This document shows, piece after piece, positions 1-6,980 of a DNA stretch of 64,000 nucleotides. Location: IMG/VR virus record IMGVR_UViG_2902495512_000001; one strand, 5' to 3'. A program made the translations under genes and the position numbers. The DNA comes from a virus. How positions within the stretch are numbered: the first letter of the stretch is position 1; each line of letters begins with the position of its first letter. The notes beneath the pieces were generated by a model, which was not told the origin of the DNA, did not search any database, and worked only from the letters and a program-made list of their open reading frames with translations.

Positions 1-356
1 GCTCTTTTTTCTGACGCATTAGGGCTGAGAACATGTCACCCTTTAGACGCCTGTCATTCTGAAATGACAGCACACCGAAATTCTCACGAGCGCCAGAATA
101 ATTAAGCCAAAAATCGTTAATTACATTTGCTAACGACTTCCTTATTTGTGAATCAGTGCTTCTTGATCCACTCTTCAACCGAGACAATTGTCCGGGAGAA
201 ACATGCGTCCTATCTGCAATCTGCTGCTGTGTTAGTGTTTTATTTTTGCCTAATGCCAATGACAATTGCTCTGCAAACTTGTTCTTCATACCTACACCTC
301 TGTATTTTGGAAAGGGCTTTATATGGCCTTTCCATGTAATTCACCTATAATTTAAA

Positions 357-662
357 TTAATCGGGATGATCTAATAGGTAATCCATCATCTCAGCTGCTG
401 GAATCTGCCAGCCGTTATGGGTATTCACATAATCAATAAAGCCACCCTGTTCAATATCCAAATCATGGCGATGCTTGGTTAAATATCGTGAGGCTCGTTC
501 GGTTGATTTAGTTCCGTATTTATACTTAGCCAGATCTTTAAGCTTCCAAGTACAAATACCACGTTGTGCTTGCTTCCAGGCTTGGAACCTCTCATATTCT
601 TCTTCGCTAATGAATTGGAAACCCTTTGGAGCCTCATGCCGAATCAATATCGTATCTGACAT
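357..662 (-). CDS. DUF771-like early phage protein
   Basis: 101 aa, RBS GGAGG upstream, in the early lytic operon after cro; family recalled, not searched. Confidence 0.55.
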   Translation of the reverse strand: MSDTILIRHEAPKGFQFISEEEYERFQAWKQAQRGICTWKLKDLAKYKYGTKSTERASRYLTKHRHDLDIEQGGFIDYVNTHNGWQIPAAEMMDYLLDHPD

Positions 663-673
663 GTTCGTACCTC

Positions 674-844
674 CTAATATGAAACTGACATAAGTTGGCT
701 AGCTTGCTCGTTATACTCGGCCGTTACCGCCCGGAATTCAGCATCTAGTGCTTTATCGCTTAGTGCCTCAAACATTACTCTTGGTGTTTCTGGCTTAACC
801 TTTGCTAGTGCATTAATTAATGTAGTTCGTGATAGATGTGTCAT
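674..844 (-). CDS. Small hypothetical phage protein (56 aa, MTHLSRTTLINALAK...)
   Basis: Read by eye; AAGGAGG RBS; fills the gap between cro and 357..662. Confidence 0.75.
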   Translation of the reverse strand: MTHLSRTTLINALAKVKPETPRVMFEALSDKALDAEFRAVTAEYNEQASQLMSVSY

Positions 845-856
845 TTTGCCGCCTCC

Positions 857-1087
857 TTATTTACTCGTATTGTGTACTTTATCTTCAAAAAAATAAGTCC
901 ATTTAACACGTTTTTTTTTCGATATATCATTCATTCTTACAGCCATTTTCTTAGCTCTACCAACACTTGGTGTTCTATGCCCTTGTTCGTAAGACGCTAA
1001 AGTTGTCTCTGGCATATCGAGAAATTCAGCAGCCTTTTTTTGCGTTAGTCCGTTGATGTCTCTCCACTCTTTTAACCAATGACGCAT
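857..1087 (-). CDS. Cro-like XRE HTH regulator
   Basis: 76-aa HTH (LTQKKAAEFLDMPETTLASYEQG), divergent from the repressor. Confidence 0.85.
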   Translation of the reverse strand: MRHWLKEWRDINGLTQKKAAEFLDMPETTLASYEQGHRTPSVGRAKKMAVRMNDISKKKRVKWTYFFEDKVHNTSK

Positions 1088-1110
1088 GTTAACACCTCCT
1101 AACTAAGTAA

Positions 1111-1227
1111 TACGTTTCGCGTACCTTTGATGCTTACTAATATAATACAATTCGCGTACTTAGTCAACACATAAATACTCTAAACGAGTATTTTTTATAT
1201 TTTTGTACAAAATACGCATTATGCGTA
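1111..1227. promoter_or_regulatory. Genetic switch: operators and leftward lytic promoter
   Basis: Palindromes TACGTTTCGCGTA 1111-1123, TACAATTCGCGTA 1146-1158, TACTCTAAACGAGTA 1176-1190, TACGCATTATGCGTA 1213-1227; minus-strand TTGACT-17 nt-TATATT (1167..1139). Confidence 0.7.
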
Positions 1228-1259
1228 GTAATCTTATAATTAACGAAGGAGGCCTATCA

Positions 1260-1622
1260 ATGTTTGCTGAACGCCTTAAAGAATTACGAAAAAAAGAAGC
1301 TGGTCTAACGCAAGAGAGATTAGCAATGCAATTAGGCATGGCCAAAACAACACTGGCTTCCTATGAACAAGGAAAACGACAGCCAGATCTTGAAACACTT
1401 TCTAAAATTGCAGATCGTTTTTCCGTGACAACTGACTACTTGCTTGGAAAAAATGGCACGCCAAAATGGGCAACCAAGAAAGATACCATTGACCTGAAGG
1501 ATTTTCTTGAAGCAAATGAGGGTTCGATGACCTATGGGGGTGAAGATCTTACTGAAGAAGAAAAACAACAAGTGCGTGTGGCAATGGCAACAATATTCTG
1601 GAAACGCCACAAGCATGATTAG
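1260..1622 (+). CDS. CI/ImmR-like XRE phage repressor
   Basis: N-terminal HTH (LTQERLAMQLGMAKTTLASYEQG); start moved to ATG 1260 after AAGGAGG. Confidence 0.9.
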   Translation: MFAERLKELRKKEAGLTQERLAMQLGMAKTTLASYEQGKRQPDLETLSKIADRFSVTTDYLLGKNGTPKWATKKDTIDLKDFLEANEGSMTYGGEDLTEEEKQQVRVAMATIFWKRHKHD

Positions 1623-1633
1623 GAGTTGTACTT

Positions 1634-2047
1634 ATGGATAGAGTAAAAGATATTGTTAAAGCTATTGTCAATCGTTATCACACAGCGGACCCGTTTGTAA
1701 TTGCGGAAAAGCTTAACATACAAGTGGAATGGTGTGATTTTGGGGCAATGCCTCTGGGTAAAAATGCTTATGACAACCAAGAGCCAATCATACTACTCAA
1801 TAATTCTATTAAACACACGCCTACACAGTATTTCATACTCGGTCACGAACTAGGACACGTTATATTCCATGAGGGGCTGATTGGGTACTACACTTCCGTT
1901 AAACATGGACATTCTAAGTTTGAACGTGAAGCTGATGAATTTTCAGTTGGATTGATGGGAATGTTGTTTATTGAGGAGAATGGCCATATTCCCTATTCAT
2001 ACAGAGAACTGTCCTATCAATACGGGGTACCATTCGACGGAGATTAA
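1634..2047 (+). CDS. ImmA/IrrE-family metallopeptidase (anti-repressor)
   Basis: HELGH zinc motif plus EREAD..F; directly after the repressor. Confidence 0.9.
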   Translation: MDRVKDIVKAIVNRYHTADPFVIAEKLNIQVEWCDFGAMPLGKNAYDNQEPIILLNNSIKHTPTQYFILGHELGHVIFHEGLIGYYTSVKHGHSKFEREADEFSVGLMGMLFIEENGHIPYSYRELSYQYGVPFDGD

Positions 2048-2073
2048 TATCAATTAATTTGGAGGAATTTCAA

Positions 2074-3237
2074 TTGAAAAAAAGATTAACCATCGGTGCA
2101 GTTATATTGGCATCACTAGCACTAGCTTCTTGTGGAAATAGCACTAACAAATCAAGCGAATTAAGTTCAAACTCAAGCAGCCTAGTCGCTGCTAAAAGAA
2201 AAAAAGCAACCTCTTTATCTGAAAGCAAAGTTAAAGCTAGTTCTGAAAGCTCATCCACTGCTAAAACGGCGACTAACAATAGCACTCAAGTTCTAACTAA
2301 GTTAGTTTCATATACAGACAAAGAGTCTGCCGGACCAACGCAAAACTATTATTGGGACAATGGCAAGGCCAAGCTTACTAACTTTGATAGTATGAAAGCT
2401 GGTAAATATGCTTTTTCAGCTGATAATCAAGGCCGCTCATCAGTAGCCAAAGCTATGCTTACCTATGCTGAGTACCAAGCTTCTAAAGGTAGTCGACAAG
2501 GAACGCCCTTAGATCCACCTTCATGGCCAAGCACCAACCCTAAAGTGGCTATTCATTATGGATTAACAGATCGTGTTTACCACGGTTTTCTTTACAATAG
2601 AAGCCATTCAATTGCAGATAGTCTTTTGGGCTCGGGATCATATACATCGGAATATAATTTTACAACCGGCACAAGGCCTCAAAATGTTGGTGCAAATCAA
2701 GAAGGTGGTATGCGCTATGCTGAAGAGTTGGTTGAAAACTACTGGAATACGCATTCTAACTCTAAGAATACTGTTTCCTACGAAACAACTCCACTCTATA
2801 AAGGAAATGAACGAATTCCTCGTGGTTCGCTGGTAGACATTAAATCTTCAGATAACCAGCTAAACAAAGAAGTGGTTGTAATTAACTCGGTTGAAGGCAT
2901 TAAAATTAATTACAATAATGGTAGCAATGATGCCAAGGCTTATCAATCTTCTAGTCGCTCTGAATCAAGCAAAAAATACGTTTCTGAAGCACCTAAAAAA
3001 CATTCAGAAACTAGTACGACTAATAGTTCCAGTTCTGTCTCAACAAAACAGAATTCCGCATACACTACTAATGGCTCATGGACAGTGGCCGCTTCCGGCA
3101 TGGTATTTGTATCCAATTCAAACAAATATTATAGCCAAGTGACTAATCCAGGTAATTATCAATATATTAGTCAAAGTTCTGCTCAAGCAGATGGTGCACA
3201 GCAAGCTAGTCGTGGAAACCAATACGCAAGACCATAA
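2074..3237 (+). CDS. Lipoprotein DNA/RNA non-specific endonuclease (streptodornase/mitogenic-factor-like)
   Basis: Lipobox LASC, Ser-rich linker, NRSHSIA catalytic-like motif, TGTRPQN...GGMRYAE; TTG start after GGAGG. Confidence 0.8.
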   Translation: MKKRLTIGAVILASLALASCGNSTNKSSELSSNSSSLVAAKRKKATSLSESKVKASSESSSTAKTATNNSTQVLTKLVSYTDKESAGPTQNYYWDNGKAKLTNFDSMKAGKYAFSADNQGRSSVAKAMLTYAEYQASKGSRQGTPLDPPSWPSTNPKVAIHYGLTDRVYHGFLYNRSHSIADSLLGSGSYTSEYNFTTGTRPQNVGANQEGGMRYAEELVENYWNTHSNSKNTVSYETTPLYKGNERIPRGSLVDIKSSDNQLNKEVVVINSVEGIKINYNNGSNDAKAYQSSSRSESSKKYVSEAPKKHSETSTTNSSSSVSTKQNSAYTTNGSWTVAASGMVFVSNSNKYYSQVTNPGNYQYISQSSAQADGAQQASRGNQYARP

Positions 3238-3244
3238 CAATTCC

Positions 3245-3263
3245 AAGCCCCTCACCGGGCTTT
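3245..3263 (+). terminator. Short hairpin before tRNA-like element 1
   Basis: AAGCCC-CTCACC-GGGCTT followed by T. Confidence 0.45.
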
Positions 3264-3266
3264 CAC

Positions 3267-3352
3267 GCGAGTGTAGTTCAACGGTAGAACGGTGCTCCTT
3301 TGAATTGCTAACTAGATACTAACAGATGCAGGTTCGACTCCTGCCGCTCGCT
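3267..3352 (+). ncRNA. tRNA-like element 1 (anticodon arm replaced)
   Basis: GCGAGTG/CGCTCGC acceptor, GTTC/GAAC D stem, GCAGG-TTCGACT-CCTGC T arm; 37-nt non-canonical middle. Confidence 0.85.
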
Positions 3353-3377
3353 TTAACCATAAAGAAGGCTTAATGCT

Positions 3378-3554
3378 ATGGATAGTGAAATTTCAAAATA
3401 CGAGCTAATTGCCACGATGAAGAAAGATATACAGACATTTATGGACTCAGAATCCATGTTATATCTAAAAAAAGATTCATATTCAACAGAAGAATATGAC
3501 CGTATGCTTACAGAAGTAAAAGATGATTTGAAAACACGGCTATTGCAAAAATAA
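3378..3554 (+). CDS. 58-aa hypothetical protein A (MDSEISKYELI...), paralog of 5459..5635
   Basis: AAAGAAGG RBS; 26/58 identical to its paralog by manual ungapped alignment. Confidence 0.85.
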   Translation: MDSEISKYELIATMKKDIQTFMDSESMLYLKKDSYSTEEYDRMLTEVKDDLKTRLLQK

Positions 3555-3596
3555 TTATGAACTCAGTAAATGATAGTCAGCCCTAGCTGACTTCAC

Positions 3597-3680
3597 GCGA
3601 GTGTAGTTCAACGGTAGAATGGTTCCTTTAATTCAAATATAGCCTACCTTCCAATGCAGGTTCGACTCCTGCCGCTCGCA
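3597..3680 (+). ncRNA. tRNA-like element 2
   Basis: Same acceptor and T arms as element 1; 35-nt middle; preceded by hairpin AGTCAG/CTGACT. Confidence 0.85.
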
Positions 3681-3719
3681 TAGAGATTCTTAACTCAATC
3701 AAACACAGGAGAATCACCA

Positions 3720-3845
3720 ATGTTCAATTCTTTAACTTATTTTTTAAAAAGCCTGTTCTCTATTAAGTGGAGCACTGAGCTATTATTTATGGCAATTATA
3801 TCAGCATTAATTGCATATTTTCTCTATAAAAAGCTTCATCACTAA
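3720..3845 (+). CDS. 41-aa small membrane protein (MFNSLTYFLKSLFSIKW...)
   Basis: AGGAG RBS; one hydrophobic segment followed by a KKLHH tail. Confidence 0.7.
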   Translation: MFNSLTYFLKSLFSIKWSTELLFMAIISALIAYFLYKKLHH

Positions 3846-3857
3846 TTGATTACAAAC

Positions 3858-3950
3858 GTGGGTGTAGTTCAACGGCAGAACGGCAACTTCTTATGGGATA
3901 CCCTTCCTTTATTTCTTATTGCCATGCGGGTTCAACTCCTGCCACTCACA
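3858..3950 (+). ncRNA. tRNA-like element 3
   Basis: GTGGGTG/CACTCAC acceptor, GTTC/GAAC D stem, GGCAA/TTGCC stem with enlarged loop, GCGGG-TTCAACT-CCTGC T arm. Confidence 0.85.
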
Positions 3951-4005
3951 TTGACCAGTCAGGATGTCATTAAAAGCTAGAATATATTTTCAGGAGGATA
4001 TTTAA

Positions 4006-4383
4006 ATGATTCAAGAATTCAAAGAATTTATCTCACGTGGTAATGTAATGGATTTAGCAGTCGGCGTTATTATTGGGGCTGCATTTACTGCTATCGTTAA
4101 ATCATTGGTTAATAATTTAATAAATCCACTAATAGGTGTTTTTTTAGGACAAATTGATTTCTCTAGCCTTGTTTTAAAAGTTGGCAATGCTACTTTTAAA
4201 TACGGTTCCTTTATTAATTCTGTCATTAATTTTTTGATTATTGCATTTGTGGTATTTTTACTAGTCAAAATGATTAATAAAATTATGCCTAAAAAAGAGG
4301 ATGTCGAAGCCGATCCTATTCCAACAGCCGAAGAAAAATATCTTTCAGAAATTGTATCATTATTAAAGCAACAGAAAAAATAA
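4006..4383 (+). CDS. mscL: Large-conductance mechanosensitive channel
   Basis: [24 protein letters not shown] and [14 protein letters not shown] signatures; C-terminal LSEIVSLL helix. Confidence 0.97.
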   Translation: MIQEFKEFISRGNVMDLAVGVIIGAAFTAIVKSLVNNLINPLIGVFLGQIDFSSLVLKVGNATFKYGSFINSVINFLIIAFVVFLLVKMINKIMPKKEDVEADPIPTAEEKYLSEIVSLLKQQKK

Positions 4384-4400
4384 TTGCAGTAAGAAATCAG

Positions 4401-4769
4401 GTGCCATTCATGAAAAAATCAGAAGATTTATCTACTAAAGATTGGAAACAAGCACAGTCTGCCGTCTTCAAAGAGTACGAAGATTTTATTAAAAGAGTTC
4501 AAGAAAATGGTGTAGACTATGCTATTCAGCATGCAAGACGTTTAGTAAATTACCAAAAATTAGTTACCGAATGGCAACATAAAATAAATATTTTAATGGA
4601 CGATCTATCTAATAACCACGTCGCTTTAAGTGTTTTTAAAGACTTAGAAGAAGGAAACGAAAGTCATGTTTTGAGTAGAGCTTACGAGATTATGAAGAAG
4701 TGGCCAGAGTTCAACCCAGAACCATTAACCATTTGGCTAGAGCTCATCGAAGACTCAGATGATGAATAA
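4401..4769 (+). CDS. Hypothetical protein (122 aa)
   Basis: Open frame in the same operon; no recognised motif. Confidence 0.7.
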   Translation: MPFMKKSEDLSTKDWKQAQSAVFKEYEDFIKRVQENGVDYAIQHARRLVNYQKLVTEWQHKINILMDDLSNNHVALSVFKDLEEGNESHVLSRAYEIMKKWPEFNPEPLTIWLELIEDSDDE

Positions 4770-4778
4770 TAAAACTAA

Positions 4779-5081
4779 ATGTCAAAGGAAGAATTTCAAA
4801 TGAAGATTATCAACGTCGCATTGCATGTTAAACCAGAACTCAAAAAAGAATATGAAGATTTCATTCATGAACTTGTTATTAATTCAGCACAAGAAGCTGG
4901 TAATGAATTCTATGGACATTTCAAAAAGTTAGATAGTGATAATGATTACGAAATTATTGAACACTGGAAAGATCAAGAAGCCGTGGATTTCCATAATGAC
5001 ACCCCTCATTTCCAGAAATTTCTAGCACACGTCAGTGACTATCTAACTTCAGAACCAGAAATTACCAGAATGGATTATTAG
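4779..5081 (+). CDS. Antibiotic-biosynthesis-monooxygenase (ABM) / putative quinol monooxygenase
   Basis: E.GN..Y...Y.IIEHWKDQEAVDFHNDTPHF pattern. Confidence 0.85.
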   Translation: MSKEEFQMKIINVALHVKPELKKEYEDFIHELVINSAQEAGNEFYGHFKKLDSDNDYEIIEHWKDQEAVDFHNDTPHFQKFLAHVSDYLTSEPEITRMDY

Positions 5082-5135
5082 TTTTCTCGCTTTACAATTA
5101 AGTAAAAATAAATAGCACTTAATTGCAAAGCTTCC

Positions 5136-5209
5136 GGACCTTTAGCTCAGTTGGTTAGAGCAGACGGCTCATAACCGTCCGGTCGTTGGTTCGAGCCCAA
5201 CAAGGTCCA
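5136..5209 (+). tRNA. tRNA-Ile2/Met (CAT)
   Basis: Canonical cloverleaf GGACCTT...GACGG-CTCATAA-CCGTC...AAGGTCC-A, resembling the Firmicute lysidine tRNA-Ile2; no encoded CCA. Confidence 0.92.
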
Positions 5210-5215
5210 TTTCAC

Positions 5216-5301
5216 GCGAGCGTAGTTCAACGGTAGAACAGTACTCCTTTGAATTGCTAACTAGATACTTTCAGATGTAGGTTCGACTCCTGCCGCTCGC
5301 T
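5216..5301 (+). ncRNA. tRNA-like element 4
   Basis: GCGAGCG/CGCTCGC acceptor; loop CTCCTTTGAATTGCTAACTAGATACT identical to element 1. Confidence 0.85.
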
Positions 5302-5348
5302 TTGTAACAAATAACCCATACTACCGCTTACTTTAGTACGTACATCGC

Positions 5349-5435
5349 GTGGGCGTAATTCAATGGTAGAATAACGATTTCAGCCCTTCTCTCTCGTTTG
5401 AAATTGTTATGTAGGTTCAATCCCTGCCACCCACT
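5349..5435 (+). ncRNA. tRNA-like element 5
   Basis: GTGGGCG/CACCCAC acceptor; 10-bp stem AACGATTTCA/TGAAATTGTT with 16-nt pyrimidine loop; GTAGG-TTCAATC-CCTGC T arm. Confidence 0.85.
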
Positions 5436-5458
5436 TTTAAAAGAAAGAAGGTAAGATT

Positions 5459-5635
5459 ATGGATAAAGATATGTCGAAATATGAACTCATAGATAACATT
5501 ACTAATGACTTAACCTCTTTTATTAATCTGTATGCTTTCGTTTATCTTACAAAAGATAGCTACTCAAGGAAAGAATATGACCGCATAATCCAAGGAATGG
5601 AAAGAGATATGGTTGATCGTCTTAAGCAAAAATAA
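5459..5635 (+). CDS. 58-aa hypothetical protein B (MDKDMSKYELI...), paralog of 3378..3554
   Basis: AAAGAAGG RBS; conserved SKYELI, YL.KDSYS..EYDR and RL.QK. Confidence 0.85.
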   Translation: MDKDMSKYELIDNITNDLTSFINLYAFVYLTKDSYSRKEYDRIIQGMERDMVDRLKQK

Positions 5636-5692
5636 TTGTAGGTACATTCTAATTAACTGTTGAGCCGACCAAAACCCATTGTTGGCTCTTAT

Positions 5693-5763
5693 GCGAGTGT
5701 AGTTTAGTGGTAAAACGACAGCCTTCCAAGCTGTAGTCGCGGGTCCGATTCCCGTCACTCGCT
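5693..5763 (+). tRNA. tRNA-Gly (TCC), T-loop variant
   Basis: GCGAGTG/CACTCGC acceptor, ACAGC-CTTCCAA-GCTGT anticodon arm; T loop TCCGATT instead of TTCGATT. Confidence 0.88.
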
Positions 5764-5858
5764 TAATACCCCGTAATTGGGGTATATATTTTAAATTAAA
5801 GAGAACATACGTTTGGCAATATCAACCTATTGTTATTTCCAGTTAGGAGGAATAAAAC

Positions 5859-6980
5859 ATGTCAGTAACCAAACTTAATAATGGTAAATGGCAAGCCCGT
5901 GTCTCTTATAAAGATGATGACGGTAACTATAAGTCAGTTACTCATTTAGAAAAGCGCAAAACTGACGCCGCTGAGTGGGAAACTAAAACTAAAAATGCTC
6001 TGCTGGAAGGTGCTGACTTATCACGTAGCACTGAGAGTCTAAAGCATTATTTTCTTGATTGGATCAGAATTTACAAAACTGACGGCGTATCGCGTCATAC
6101 TCACGAGCTGTATATGGGCAACTGGCACCACATCTCCGCATATTTTAAGGATCAACCTATGAGCGCAATTAAACGGCCGGATTATCAGAAATTTCTGAAT
6201 GAATTTGGTCGCAGTCATGGAATTGCCACATCTCACAAACTTCATCAACAAGTACACACCGCAATCAAGGACGCTGTAGCCGATGGTATTCTAAAACGTG
6301 ACTTTGCTTACAAGGCACACGTCACTGGACGCCCTCCTAAGCCCGTAGAGGAAAAGTATTTGACGTTGTCCGATTATAAGAAACTGCGTAAATATCTCAT
6401 TAAAACAGCTGATTATGACCACATGACTATGCTGATGATGCTGTTTCAACTAGAAACTGGAACCAGGTTCGAGGAAGCTGCTGGCCTAACGTGGGATAAT
6501 TTGGATTTGAATAATGGAATAGTTCACATTAAACAGCAATGGGACGCCCGTAGACAGACTTTTCGTCCAACTAAGGGAAATGGACAGGCAGATGGAGATA
6601 TAACCATAGGACCCGCCTACTGTCGTTTTATGAGGAGCTATCGTAATGCGCAGAAAGATTATTTAGAATTACACGAAATGAAGAATCCTAAGAACCTCGT
6701 ATTTTGGTCCAAACTAGGAAAAATAGTGGGCAATGGGAATGCAAACGAAGAGCTAGGACGTATTTGTAACCGTCTAAAGATCAACAAAGTTACAACACAC
6801 GCCATGAGGCACACACACGCTTCAATTCTTATCTTAAATCATGAGTCCCTTCCCTATGTTCAACATCGCCTTCGACATCAAAAACTAGAAACGACCGTTA
6901 ACACCTACGTCCATCTTATTGAAGAAGAAAACGGCGTGTCAGATAAGAAGGCCACTGAGCTAATGGACGAAGGATTTTAG
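5859..6980 (+). CDS. int: Tyrosine-recombinase phage integrase
   Basis: N-terminal arm-binding domain; TGTRFEE, HAMRH and RLRHQKLETTVNTYVH motifs. Confidence 0.95.
   Translation: MSVTKLNNGKWQARVSYKDDDGNYKSVTHLEKRKTDAAEWETKTKNALLEGADLSRSTESLKHYFLDWIRIYKTDGVSRHTHELYMGNWHHISAYFKDQPMSAIKRPDYQKFLNEFGRSHGIATSHKLHQQVHTAIKDAVADGILKRDFAYKAHVTGRPPKPVEEKYLTLSDYKKLRKYLIKTADYDHMTMLMMLFQLETGTRFEEAAGLTWDNLDLNNGIVHIKQQWDARRQTFRPTKGNGQADGDITIGPAYCRFMRSYRNAQKDYLELHEMKNPKNLVFWSKLGKIVGNGNANEELGRICNRLKINKVTTHAMRHTHASILILNHESLPYVQHRLRHQKLETTVNTYVHLIEEENGVSDKKATELMDEGF

Noticed and set aside
3267-5435. CRISPR array
   Set aside because: The repeats are tRNA halves with irregular spacing and ORFs in between; no cas genes in the window.
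3267-5435. Intron-containing tRNAs
   Set aside because: The inserts add only ~13-22 nt, far too short for group I introns; no consistent splice position restores a 7-nt anticodon loop; BHB-type splicing is archaeal/eukaryotic.
3267-5435. Leftover att duplications of a tRNA integration site
   Set aside because: att duplications normally copy only the 3' part; these retain both 5' and 3' arms with compensatory pairing.
4006-5763. Host chromosome flank (mscL, ABM, tRNAs) marking a prophage boundary
   Set aside because: It lies between phage cI and int, has phage genes on both sides and is part of the repeated unit.
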